Shown piece after piece: positions 1 to 9,344 of a stretch of 64,000 bases of DNA (positions within the stretch are counted from its first letter, which is position 1; each line of letters begins with the position of its first letter). The stretch lies in the NCBI GenBank assembly GCA_018669795.1, contig JABHSQ010000014.1:26591-90590 (forward strand). Direction: 5' to 3'. A program made the translations under genes and the position numbers. The stretch comes from Flavobacteriaceae bacterium. Lineage in GTDB: Bacteria; Bacteroidota; Bacteroidia; Flavobacteriales; Flavobacteriaceae. The notes under the pieces were generated by a model. The model saw only the letters and a list, made by a program, of their open reading frames with translations, ran no database searches and was not told the DNA's origin.

Positions 1-52
1 AAGATGGAATTTTAAAAATGTAAATATTTCTAAAAGAAGAATCTCACTTCTC

Positions 53-82
53 TTTGTGGTTTCCTGCATTTTTCTATTTTTG
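53..82 (+). promoter_or_regulatory. Bacteroidota-type sigma-A promoter (TTTG-N18-TATTTTTG) for the YebC-family gene
   Basis: TTTG at 53-56, an 18-nt spacer, then TATTTTTG (TAnnTTTG -7 box) at 75-82, about 22 nt upstream of the ATG at 105. Confidence 0.45.
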
Positions 83-104
83 TAAAACCTTAAACAAAAT
101 TACT

Positions 105-821
105 ATGGGAAGAGCTTTCGAATTTAGAAAAGCAAGAAAAATGAAACGCTGGTCAGCAATGTCTAAAGCGTTTACTCGTATTGGAAAGGATATTGTAATG
201 GCTGTTAAAGAAGGGGGTCCTAATCCTGATTCTAATTCTCGTTTACGAGCAGTTATTCAAAATGCTAAGGCAGTAAACATGCCAAAGGACAATGTAGAAA
301 GGGCTATTAAGAAAGCAACTGAAAAAGGACAAGGAGATTTTAAAGAAGTAATATTTGAAGGATATGCTCCTCATGGAATTGCTGTTTTAGTTGAAACTGC
401 TACCGATAATAATACTCGAACTGTTGCTAATGTTAGAGCTTGTTTTAGCAAATGTGATGGAAATATGGGAACTTCTGGATCTGTGGTATTTATGTTTGAT
501 CATACTTGCAATTTTAGAATTAAACCAGAAGAAGTAGATCTAGAAGAATTAGAATTAGAATTGATTGATTATGGTGTAGATGAAGTTTTTGAAGATGAAG
601 ATGGAATATTAATTTATGCTCCTTTCGAAAGCTTTGGAAACATACAAAAAGCATTGGAAGAAAAAGAATTTGAAATATTATCTTCAGGTTTTGAGCGCAT
701 ATCACAAGTAACTAAAAAACTTACGAAAGAACAAGCTACTGATGTTGATAAATTATTAGAAAAACTAGATGACGATGACGATGTGCAGAACGTTTACCAT
801 ACGATGGATGAATCTGAATAA
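105..821 (+). CDS. YebC/PmpR family DNA-binding transcriptional regulator
   Basis: The N-terminus MGRAFEFRKARKMKRW and GPNPDSNSRLR are typical of the family. I prefer the ATG at 105 over the TTG at 54 because the predicted promoter lies inside the longer ORF. Confidence 0.9.
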   Translation: MGRAFEFRKARKMKRWSAMSKAFTRIGKDIVMAVKEGGPNPDSNSRLRAVIQNAKAVNMPKDNVERAIKKATEKGQGDFKEVIFEGYAPHGIAVLVETATDNNTRTVANVRACFSKCDGNMGTSGSVVFMFDHTCNFRIKPEEVDLEELELELIDYGVDEVFEDEDGILIYAPFESFGNIQKALEEKEFEILSSGFERISQVTKKLTKEQATDVDKLLEKLDDDDDVQNVYHTMDESE

Positions 822-865
822 TTGATATATTAAATAAAAAAAGCTGCTAGAAGCGGATTTTTTTA

Positions 866-1405
866 TTAGGTATATTTTGCAATTTTACCAATGCTTCCTT
901 TAAAGAATTCTTTTAATATTTTTATATCTGATTCTATCGCGCCAGTTGGATGGAGTGGTTTTCCTATCGTTACTGTTTTAGTTTTATAATCCATAGAAGC
1001 TGGTATAATGGGTACTTTAGCTTCCAAAGCAATATAATAAAAACCTGTTCTCCATTTTTCTGATTTTTTTCGAGTGCCATCTGGAGCTATTCCCAATCTA
1101 AATTCATCTTTCGCATTAAATATAGAAGCAATAGAAGCTACCTTATTTTGATTGGATTTTCTATCTAAAGGAGCCCCTCCTACCCATCTAAAATAATAAC
1201 CAAAAGGCCAAGTAAAAAGTTCTTTTTTTCCAACAAAATTTATCATTACCCCTAGTGTTTTTCTGCACAGAATTGCAATATAAAAATCATGCCAACTGGT
1301 GTGTGGACATACAATAATAACTGCCTTTTTTAATTCTTTTTCTTTAAAATCACCAACGATTTTCCAACCAAGAATTCTATTTAAAATAAATTTATAAATA
1401 TTCAT
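866..1405 (-). CDS. lysophospholipid / 1-acyl-sn-glycerol-3-phosphate acyltransferase family protein
   Basis: HxxxxD acyltransferase motif (CPHTSWHDF) and a PDGTR-like block (APDGTRKK). Confidence 0.75.
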   Translation of the reverse strand: MNIYKFILNRILGWKIVGDFKEKELKKAVIIVCPHTSWHDFYIAILCRKTLGVMINFVGKKELFTWPFGYYFRWVGGAPLDRKSNQNKVASIASIFNAKDEFRLGIAPDGTRKKSEKWRTGFYYIALEAKVPIIPASMDYKTKTVTIGKPLHPTGAIESDIKILKEFFKGSIGKIAKYT

Positions 1406-1614
1406 ATTATAATTTCAATACTAAAATTAATTTTTATAAACTTTATTCAAAAACATACTGTCATACAAACTTGATCCTTATGAAATTGGAAAGCGAATTT
1501 CTCCAAGAGAAAATATTCCATTGGTGTATCCGGAATCCACTTTAATTATAAATGAATTTTGGTTTTTGCAGAATAACAAGTAAAAATCAAAAATGAATAA
1601 TTTCAATTATATAA

Positions 1615-2709
1615 TTACATTTTTATATACATCGAGCGCAACTTCGCACGAGTCATAATTGATTTCCAGTCTTTCCCTAAAGCATTTTCCCATAAGGGCT
1701 CTAAACTTAAAGCAACATTGATCATCGTTTCCATCTTTTCTTCAGTTAAGTCACTACAAATTCCAATGGGAATATCTACTTGATGTTTCTCCACCATTTT
1801 TTTAAAGATAGCTACACCTTCTGGATAATAATCTTCTAAGTAATTAAAAACTATACAATTTCCAATTCCGTGTTTAGTTCCTAATACAAATCCTAAACCA
1901 TAACTCATAGCATGAGCAACCCCTACTTGAGAATAAGCAATACTCATTCCTCCATGCCATGATGCCATCATTAGCTTCCCTCTTTTTTCTTCTTCAGTAA
2001 GGTCATTATCTTCCAAAAACACTTCTAAACATAAGTCGTATGCTTTTTCACCATAACTTTGGCTAAAATCATTTAAAAAAGTTCCTTCTAAAGATTCTAC
2101 ACAATGTATAAAGCAATCCATACCCGTATAAAACCATTGATTTTTAGGAACACCATCTAATAATAATGGATCTAACACTACTTGATCAAAAGTTGTATAA
2201 TCACTGTTAATTCCTAGTTTTCGTATCGGTCCAGATAATACACAAGTTCTAGAAACTTCGGCTCCTGTACCTGAAATAGTAGGAATGCCGACATGATAAA
2301 TAGATTTTGTTTTAATTAAATCCCACCCTTGATAGTCTGCGGCACTTCCTTTATTAGTTAACATTAATGAAACCGCTTTTGCCAAATCCATTACAGATCC
2401 TCCTCCAATTCCTATAATCCCAGAAGGCAGCTTATCATATACTTCCAATATATCTTTTACAATAGCATCAACTTGAGACGTCTTTGGCTCTTCTTCTGCA
2501 GATATAAATAGTATTTTATCATTGAATTTAAGTTCAATCCTTTTAACTAAAGAACTCTCTTTTTCAAAAGCATCATCTACTAAAAAAATAAATGGTGCTT
2601 GAGTTTCCCTTTTCAAATCTAAAATTAAAGATAATTGATTAAAACTTCCTTTACCAAATACGACTCTTGGCACCATAGGAAAATTACGGTATTCGTTGTT
2701 TACAGACAT
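1615..2709 (-). CDS. iron-containing (group III) alcohol dehydrogenase family protein, possibly KdnB-like
   Basis: GGGSVMD nucleotide-binding motif and His-rich metal site (HAMSYG). It starts 7 nt downstream of the kdsB stop on the same strand. Confidence 0.8.
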   Translation of the reverse strand: MSVNNEYRNFPMVPRVVFGKGSFNQLSLILDLKRETQAPFIFLVDDAFEKESSLVKRIELKFNDKILFISAEEEPKTSQVDAIVKDILEVYDKLPSGIIGIGGGSVMDLAKAVSLMLTNKGSAADYQGWDLIKTKSIYHVGIPTISGTGAEVSRTCVLSGPIRKLGINSDYTTFDQVVLDPLLLDGVPKNQWFYTGMDCFIHCVESLEGTFLNDFSQSYGEKAYDLCLEVFLEDNDLTEEEKRGKLMMASWHGGMSIAYSQVGVAHAMSYGLGFVLGTKHGIGNCIVFNYLEDYYPEGVAIFKKMVEKHQVDIPIGICSDLTEEKMETMINVALSLEPLWENALGKDWKSIMTRAKLRSMYIKM

Positions 2710-2716
2710 ATATATA

Positions 2717-3460
2717 TTAGTAATTATTTTTATTTATTAATTTATTTGCTCGTATTAAATCTTCTGGAGTATCAATTTCTACAGCATTCTCCGTTGTAGA
2801 TATAGCTAGCTTAATTTTTTTTCCATATTCTAAATAGCGAAGGCATTCAATTTTTTCTGAAGCTTCCAGACTACGCATGGGTAATCGATAAAAGTCCATT
2901 AAAGCTTCTTTTCTAAAGGCATAAATCCCTTTGTGTTCATAATATTCCATTGGAATACTTCTATCTCGAGGATAAGGAATTGGAGAACGAGAAAAATACA
3001 ATGCGTAATTATTTTCATCAACTATTACCTTCACAAAATTAGGATTATTTACTTCATTCCAATTGGTCATTCTTGTCATTAAAGAGGCTAAATCTATAGT
3101 ATCTGCATCAGTTCCATTAAATAATTCGAGTACTTTTTCTAAATCATCTTTTGTTGTAAACGGTTCATCTCCTTGAACATTTACAACAATGTCTACATCC
3201 ATATTTTCAATAGCTTCAGCGATGCGATCGCTGCCACATTCATGATTTTTCTTACTCATTATGGCTTTACCGCCATGAAAAGTTATTTCATTAAAAATAA
3301 TTTCACTATCGGTAACTACATAAACTTCATCAAATAATTGCGTAGCTATTGTTGATTCATAGGTGCGTACGATAACGGATTTACCCCCTAAATCTTGCAT
3401 TAACTTACCAGGAAATCTAGTTGCAGCATATCGTGCAGGAATCATTGCTATTTTTTTCAT
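2717..3460 (-). CDS. kdsB: 3-deoxy-manno-octulosonate cytidylyltransferase (CMP-Kdo synthetase)
   Basis: [15 protein letters not shown]-terminus and VNVQGDEP motif, with the typical length of about 245 aa. Confidence 0.9.
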   Translation of the reverse strand: MKKIAMIPARYAATRFPGKLMQDLGGKSVIVRTYESTIATQLFDEVYVVTDSEIIFNEITFHGGKAIMSKKNHECGSDRIAEAIENMDVDIVVNVQGDEPFTTKDDLEKVLELFNGTDADTIDLASLMTRMTNWNEVNNPNFVKVIVDENNYALYFSRSPIPYPRDRSIPMEYYEHKGIYAFRKEALMDFYRLPMRSLEASEKIECLRYLEYGKKIKLAISTTENAVEIDTPEDLIRANKLINKNNY

Positions 3461-3500
3461 CCATTCGTTTTAAAAACCAAAAATAAGGAAGATTATACAA

Positions 3501-4931
3501 TTAATAAGAATCTTTAAAAAATTCATTTTTAAATCCTATTAAGTATAGTTTTTCTTTTGCTCTAGTGATTGCAGTGTATAACCAGCGCAAATAATCTTTA
3601 TCCACTCCATTTGGCAAATAAGGCTGTTCAACAAAAACAGTATTCCATTGTCCTCCTTGTGATTTATGACAAGTAATCGCGTAAGAAAACTTGACCTGTA
3701 ATGCATTGAAATATATATTTTTTTTAACAGCCATAAACTTTTTATATTTAGAAGTTTCATGCTCGTAATCTTTCATTACCTCTTGGTATAATTTATTTGA
3801 ATCCTCATAAGTTAATGAAGGTGTTTCAGAAGATAAAGTGTCTAATATTAAAACCGTTTCAAAAGGTTTCATGTTGGGATAATCTATCATTCTAATATTA
3901 ACAGTTGCGAATCTGAATCCATACAATTCTTTAATGCTGAATAATTCCAATATTTCAATGATATCACCATTTGCAATAAATCCAGCATCACTATTGGCTT
4001 CTACCCAAAAATAATTATTTTTAACAACCATTAAATAATCTCCAACAGCCAATTCTTGTTCTTGATAAAGAATTCTTGTTCTAATACTTTGATTGTATAG
4101 ATAAGCACGTTTATTAGATCGCACTATAAAAACAGTTTCTTCATTTCCTAAATTTGAATAACAGTCTTCCAAAGCATCCATCAACTCTTGACCATCTATG
4201 GGACGAATTACATCTGAAAAATTTTCTTCTTGTAGTTTAAATGTTTCATAAAATTCTTCTTCTAATTGATTTCTAATTTCAGAGGCATTAAAAAGAATAC
4301 CACTTTCCTTTTCTTGCCTAACAACTTCATTCAACTCAATTGTAACTAACTCTTTATCATAATAATTTTCTAAATTTGTTTTATCTAAAGCTGGACTTAT
4401 ATCCAATTTAATTGGTGGAAGCTGTGCAGTATCTCCTATTAACATTAACTTACATTGATGGCCACTATAAACATATTGTATTAAATCACCTAGCAGCGAA
4501 CCGTTATCAAAAAGTTTAGCATCTGGACTACTATCTGGTATCATTGAAGCTTCATCTACAATAAAAATAGTGTCCCGATGTTTGTTTTTTTGAAGTGTAA
4601 AGGTAACTCCTCCTCCATTTTTAGATTTTGGATAATATATTTTTTTATGAATAGTGAAAGCTTCTTTATTAGAATAATTACTAATTACTTTAGCTGCTCT
4701 GCCAGTTGGAGCCATTAAGACAATAGATTTATTTACTTTCCAGCTATTTTTAACCAAGGTGCCAACTATAGTAGTTTTACCAGTTCCAGCATATCCTTTT
4801 AATAAAAACAATTCGTTGTAATTATTATTTTGAGTGAAATCTGCTATTAATCGCAAGGCACTATCTTGCTTATTGGTAGGATTATGAGAGAAATCTTTTA
4901 ATAAATCTAAGTAGAATTTGGGTGTGTTCAT
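3501..4931 (-). CDS. RecD/PIF1-like superfamily 1 DNA helicase (AAA ATPase)
   Basis: Walker A GYAGTGKTT, Walker B IFIVDEASM, and the C-terminal TCHKSQGGQW helicase motif. Confidence 0.8.
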   Translation of the reverse strand: MNTPKFYLDLLKDFSHNPTNKQDSALRLIADFTQNNNYNELFLLKGYAGTGKTTIVGTLVKNSWKVNKSIVLMAPTGRAAKVISNYSNKEAFTIHKKIYYPKSKNGGGVTFTLQKNKHRDTIFIVDEASMIPDSSPDAKLFDNGSLLGDLIQYVYSGHQCKLMLIGDTAQLPPIKLDISPALDKTNLENYYDKELVTIELNEVVRQEKESGILFNASEIRNQLEEEFYETFKLQEENFSDVIRPIDGQELMDALEDCYSNLGNEETVFIVRSNKRAYLYNQSIRTRILYQEQELAVGDYLMVVKNNYFWVEANSDAGFIANGDIIEILELFSIKELYGFRFATVNIRMIDYPNMKPFETVLILDTLSSETPSLTYEDSNKLYQEVMKDYEHETSKYKKFMAVKKNIYFNALQVKFSYAITCHKSQGGQWNTVFVEQPYLPNGVDKDYLRWLYTAITRAKEKLYLIGFKNEFFKDSY

Positions 4932-5059
4932 TGTTTATTTATACTTCCAGGCACTAAAGATAGTTATGTTTTTTTCGTAAATTACTTTTACGATTAAAAA
5001 AAAATTGTAGATTTGCGTGAAGCATATTATTAGAAAAAAATAATCCTCATTTATAAATT

Positions 5060-5809
5060 ATGATTTTAAATATAGTACTTGGTACATTAATCTGCGTTGG
5101 ACTGGCTTTTTTAATGGATAAATTTGTTCCCTTAAAATTAAATCCTATCATTTCAGTTATACTTTGGCTTGTTATCTTAATTTTGGGATACAGTCTGTAT
5201 AAATCGATTATGGGTCCTGTTGAATTTAACAAAGTAAAACAAGTACGTTATGCTAAAGTTATTGAAAACCTAAAAGACATTAGAGTTTCAGAATTAGCAT
5301 ATCAAGAAATAGAAGGTAAATTTACTGGTAATTTTGATAGCTTAGTTCAGTTTTTAGATACTGCTCAATTTGCTATTATTCAAAGGCGTGACACGAGTTT
5401 TGCAGATGTGGAAAGAAATAAAGCCTTTGGTTTAGATGCACAAAAGGGAGGTTATTATAAGGAAGAAATTATAATAGACACCTTGCGTTTTGCATCTGTG
5501 AAAGATTCAATATTTGGTGATTCAGATCGTTATAAAACAATGATGAACATTCCATTAGAAATAGCTGACGGAGCTGTTTTTGAACTTAAATCAGGGAAAT
5601 ATGAGAAAAACGAAACCTTTTATTCTGTTTTTGAAGCGAGTGTGGCAAAAAGTTTACTCTTAAGTGATCAGAATCCAGATTTAATAAATCAAGAAGAACA
5701 ATTAATTTCTGTAGATGGTATCAACGGTCCAACTGTAAGAGTAGGTTCCATGAATGATATTGACACAAGTGGAAACTGGCCTAAAACTTATGACACTCCA
5801 AAACAATAA
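5060..5809 (+). CDS. hypothetical membrane-anchored protein
   Basis: Long ORF with two N-terminal hydrophobic helices and a coding-like composition. I do not recognise a family. Confidence 0.6.
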   Translation: MILNIVLGTLICVGLAFLMDKFVPLKLNPIISVILWLVILILGYSLYKSIMGPVEFNKVKQVRYAKVIENLKDIRVSELAYQEIEGKFTGNFDSLVQFLDTAQFAIIQRRDTSFADVERNKAFGLDAQKGGYYKEEIIIDTLRFASVKDSIFGDSDRYKTMMNIPLEIADGAVFELKSGKYEKNETFYSVFEASVAKSLLLSDQNPDLINQEEQLISVDGINGPTVRVGSMNDIDTSGNWPKTYDTPKQ

Positions 5810-6605
5810 TACAGTACAAAATTCAAACAAAAGACTGTCCGTTCAATTATCATTGTCCGGACTTTCTTTTTTAGTGACCAGTTCTGAAACTAAAGAAGTT
5901 GATTTTTTTTTAGAAAAAAAATATAAAAAGTCAATAAATCCTGAACAATTACTTTTAAATTTAAAGTCTAGTTTTAAGCAAAATAAGGAGCTTAACGACA
6001 CTTTTAATGAAGTAGCAATAATTTTCGCCACCAGCTTATATAGTTTAGTTCCTTCTACATTATTCGATTCTTCAAAAGCTAGTGAGTATTTAAAATTTAA
6101 TTCAAAAATATTAGCAAACGATTTTATTGCTTTTGATACTCTAAAAAATCATAACATTACAACTGTTTATATTCCCTTTATTAATATTAACAATTATCTT
6201 TTTGATCGATTTGGTGACTTTAGTTATTATCATGCTTCTACCCTATTAATTGAACAGTTATTAAATAAAGAAAAACCGTATGCATTACCAAAAGTGTATA
6301 TAAATATCACTAATAATATATTTGATTTTATTGCTATAAAAAACGGAAAATTAATAATTTGCAATAGTTATGAGTTTACTACTCCAGAAGACTTTATTTA
6401 TTATATTTTATTTTGTTTAGAACAGTTAAAAATGAATCCTGATACGGTAAATCTCTATATTTCTGGAAGTATTGAAAAAGAGGAGGATACCTATAAAATA
6501 CTCTATCATTATATCAGAAATATAACATTTTACAATGTTGAAGAAAAATTAATACTTACTGAAAAAGAATCTTTGCATCAAAATTTACTTTTAAAACTAT
6601 TATAA
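5790..6605 (+). CDS. DUF3822-like hypothetical protein
   Basis: The segment RLSVQLSLSGLSFLV near the N-terminus resembles DUF3822 proteins that precede rsmD in Flavobacteriia. The start is uncertain; the track gives 5754 and an internal ATG lies at 5790. Confidence 0.55.
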   Translation: MTLQNNNTVQNSNKRLSVQLSLSGLSFLVTSSETKEVDFFLEKKYKKSINPEQLLLNLKSSFKQNKELNDTFNEVAIIFATSLYSLVPSTLFDSSKASEYLKFNSKILANDFIAFDTLKNHNITTVYIPFININNYLFDRFGDFSYYHASTLLIEQLLNKEKPYALPKVYINITNNIFDFIAIKNGKLIICNSYEFTTPEDFIYYILFCLEQLKMNPDTVNLYISGSIEKEEDTYKILYHYIRNITFYNVEEKLILTEKESLHQNLLLKLL

Positions 6606-7142
6606 TTGAGAATCATTTCTGGAAAATATAAAGGAAAAAGGTTAATAGCACCAAAAAAGTTACCAGTTAGACCTACAACAGATTTTGCTAAGGAAGGACT
6701 GTTTAACATTCTTACGCATAGAGTTGATTTTGACGAAACATCCCTATTAGATTTATTTTCTGGTACTGGAAATATTAGTTATGAATTTGGCTCAAGAGGA
6801 ACGGAAGATATTACTTCGGTAGATGCTCATTATGGCTGTGTAAAATACATTAATACCATTTCTGAAGAATTAGACTTCTCTATAAAAACAGTTAAATGTG
6901 ATGTTTTAAAATACCTATCCTCTACGCCACTTACGTTCGATGTAATATTTGCAGATCCACCTTATAGCTTAGATCAATTGAATTTTGAAGCCATTGTCAA
7001 TAAAATATTTAAAAGAAAATTACTTAATACTGAAGGTCTTTTAATTGTTGAGCATTCTAAGCATACCGATCTCTCAAAAAACGAATATTTTACAGAAGCA
7101 AGAAGATACGGAGGTTCTATATTTAGTTTTTTTGACCTATAA
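6606..7142 (+). CDS. rsmD: 16S rRNA (guanine966-N2)-methyltransferase RsmD
   Basis: MRIISGKYKGKRL N-terminus, DLFSGTG SAM motif and the DPPY catalytic motif. TTG start. Confidence 0.85.
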   Translation: MRIISGKYKGKRLIAPKKLPVRPTTDFAKEGLFNILTHRVDFDETSLLDLFSGTGNISYEFGSRGTEDITSVDAHYGCVKYINTISEELDFSIKTVKCDVLKYLSSTPLTFDVIFADPPYSLDQLNFEAIVNKIFKRKLLNTEGLLIVEHSKHTDLSKNEYFTEARRYGGSIFSFFDL

Positions 7143-7147
7143 AAAAA

Positions 7148-7451
7148 GCAGACCTATAAGCCGGATCCTGTATTAACAAAAGCTAATTCTCATCATTTAT
7201 CTAAAAATACTGTCACCAATATCTTTTATCTGCCTACCCTCCTGTATTGGGCGGGAACCCTCAAGCACAGGTTTACATGGCATTGCACCGCATAGAGTTT
7301 ACCTGGTTTCACTACAGCATTACCTGTACATTCTTTCTGTTGCACTTGTCCTAATACGCAAAACGTATTGACGGCTGTTAGCCGCTATGCTTCCCTTTGG
7401 TGTCCGGACTTTCCTCCTTAATTTTAAAACTAAGACGATGAGACGGTCTGC
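7148..7451 (-). ncRNA. rnpB: RNase P RNA, bacterial type A
   Basis: The reverse complement contains GGAGGAAAGTCCGGAC (the P4 region) and ACAGGATCCGGCTTATAGGTCTGC at the 3' end. The 5' GCAGACC and 3' GGTCTGC pair as P1. A TACATTTG -7 box (complement of 7457-7464) lies just upstream. Confidence 0.85.
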
Positions 7452-7564
7452 TGTAGCAAATGTAGAATATTTTATACGCAAATGTTAATAAAAAGAACAA
7501 AATAAGAAGTAAAATGATCACCTAAAAAAGCATACAATTTCTATATTTGTTTGAATTCAATTTT

Positions 7565-9331
7565 ATGGAGCATTTTATAGTATCAGCCAGAAAATATAGA
7601 CCAATACAATTTAAAGATGTCGTTGGCCAACAGGCTATTACTAATACATTAGAAAGTGCTATTGATAATGATCATTTAGCACAAGCTTTACTATTTACTG
7701 GACCACGTGGCGTTGGAAAAACAACTTGTGCTCGTATTCTTGCTAAGAAAATCAATCAAGATGGTACCGAAAAAGAAGATGAAGATTTTGCATTTAATAT
7801 TTTTGAATTAGATGCTGCTTCAAATAACTCGGTAGATGATATCAGAAATTTAATTGATCAAGTTCGCATTCCTCCACAAGTTGGAAAATACAAGGTATAT
7901 ATCATTGATGAAGTACACATGCTTTCATCTGCAGCCTTTAATGCATTTTTAAAGACCCTAGAGGAACCCCCAAATCATGCTATTTTTATTTTAGCAACTA
8001 CCGAAAAACATAAAATTATTCCAACGATACTTTCTCGTTGTCAAATATTTGATTTTAGAAGAATTACGGTAAAAGACACAAAAAATCATTTAGCAAAGGT
8101 TGCAAAGTCAGAAGGTATTAATGCCGATGATGATGCTTTACATATTATAGCACAAAAAGCAGACGGGGCTTTACGTGATGCTTTATCAATTTTTGATAGA
8201 GTGGTAAGCTTTTCTGGCAATCAATTAACAAGAGAAGCCGTAACTGAAAATTTAAACGTATTGGATTATACTTACTTTTTTCAAGTAACAGATTTATTAC
8301 TTCTAAATAACATTCCTAGTAGTTTGGTTTTGTTTAACGATATTTTATCAAAAGGTTTTGATGGACATCATTTCATTATGGGTCTTGCCTCTCATTTTAG
8401 AGACTTATTGGTTTGCAAAAGTCCTGAAACTATTCAACTATTAGAAGTTGGAAGCCAAGTTAAACAAATGTATTTGGAGCAATCTAAAAAAACAACCCAT
8501 TCCTTTTTAATTGACGCTATCGAAATTTCAAATAACTGTGATTTAAAATATAAGACCAGTCGTAATCAACGATTATTAATTGAATTATGCTTAATGCAAT
8601 TGGCATCAATAACTTTTACTTCTAAAAGTTCAGAAGAAAAAAAAAAGTCTAGTTTAAAAGGAAACTCAAAAGTTCCATTTTTTGTTATCCCACCTTCGCA
8701 CTATAAAATTAATCCAGCTTTAATAGAAAAGCCTATTAAAACAGTAGCTATTGTTTCAGAAAAAGAGCCCGTTTATAATGCTACAGAAAAAGAAATTAAT
8801 AGTGCTGTAAAGGCTTTAATAAAAGTTGAAGAAGTTAAAAAAGCTAAGTTGAATCTACCTCCAAATAGGCTTAAGAAAAAATCAGTTTTTTCTTTAACTA
8901 GCATTAAAGAGAAAAAAGAGTTATTAAAAACAATTAACGAGAACAAGTCAGAAGAAATTGATAAACCCAAAAAATTATTTTCTGAAAACGATTTTCTATT
9001 GGTATGGAAAGAATATTGTCAAAAAATTGAAAAAGATGGCAAATTTAATTTAGTGTCTCACTTATCAATGTCAATACCTATATTAAAAAACACTACCATT
9101 CATTTAGAATATCCAAATCATACCATTAAGATTGAAGTAGAAAGAGTTCAATACGATATTCTTTCCTATATGAAGGAGAAATTACAAAACTATGACATTG
9201 ATCTTGAAATCGTTGTTAATGAAACTGCTGAAAAAAAATATGCTTATACTCCTTTAGAAAAATACGAAAAATTAATAGAAAAAAACCCTTTAATTGATAC
9301 CCTTAGAATAGAATTAGGTTTAGAGTTATAA
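7565..9331 (+). CDS. dnaX: DNA polymerase III subunit gamma/tau
   Basis: Clamp-loader motifs GPRGVGKTT, DEVHML and SRC. I prefer the ATG at 7565 because a TATATTTG -7 box at 7542-7549 overlaps the TTG at 7547. Confidence 0.9.
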   Translation: MEHFIVSARKYRPIQFKDVVGQQAITNTLESAIDNDHLAQALLFTGPRGVGKTTCARILAKKINQDGTEKEDEDFAFNIFELDAASNNSVDDIRNLIDQVRIPPQVGKYKVYIIDEVHMLSSAAFNAFLKTLEEPPNHAIFILATTEKHKIIPTILSRCQIFDFRRITVKDTKNHLAKVAKSEGINADDDALHIIAQKADGALRDALSIFDRVVSFSGNQLTREAVTENLNVLDYTYFFQVTDLLLLNNIPSSLVLFNDILSKGFDGHHFIMGLASHFRDLLVCKSPETIQLLEVGSQVKQMYLEQSKKTTHSFLIDAIEISNNCDLKYKTSRNQRLLIELCLMQLASITFTSKSSEEKKKSSLKGNSKVPFFVIPPSHYKINPALIEKPIKTVAIVSEKEPVYNATEKEINSAVKALIKVEEVKKAKLNLPPNRLKKKSVFSLTSIKEKKELLKTINENKSEEIDKPKKLFSENDFLLVWKEYCQKIEKDGKFNLVSHLSMSIPILKNTTIHLEYPNHTIKIEVERVQYDILSYMKEKLQNYDIDLEIVVNETAEKKYAYTPLEKYEKLIEKNPLIDTLRIELGLEL

Positions 9332-9344
9332 ATATTATAAAAAT

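Noticed and set aside
1406-1614. A 209-bp spacer between the Fe-ADH gene and the acyltransferase gene with short ORFs of 20-24 codons (for example VDSGYTNGIFSLGEIRFPIS on the minus strand).
   Set aside because: The ORFs are too short. I saw no recognisable riboswitch or RNA motif and no repeats. The region most likely contains only the acyltransferase promoter.
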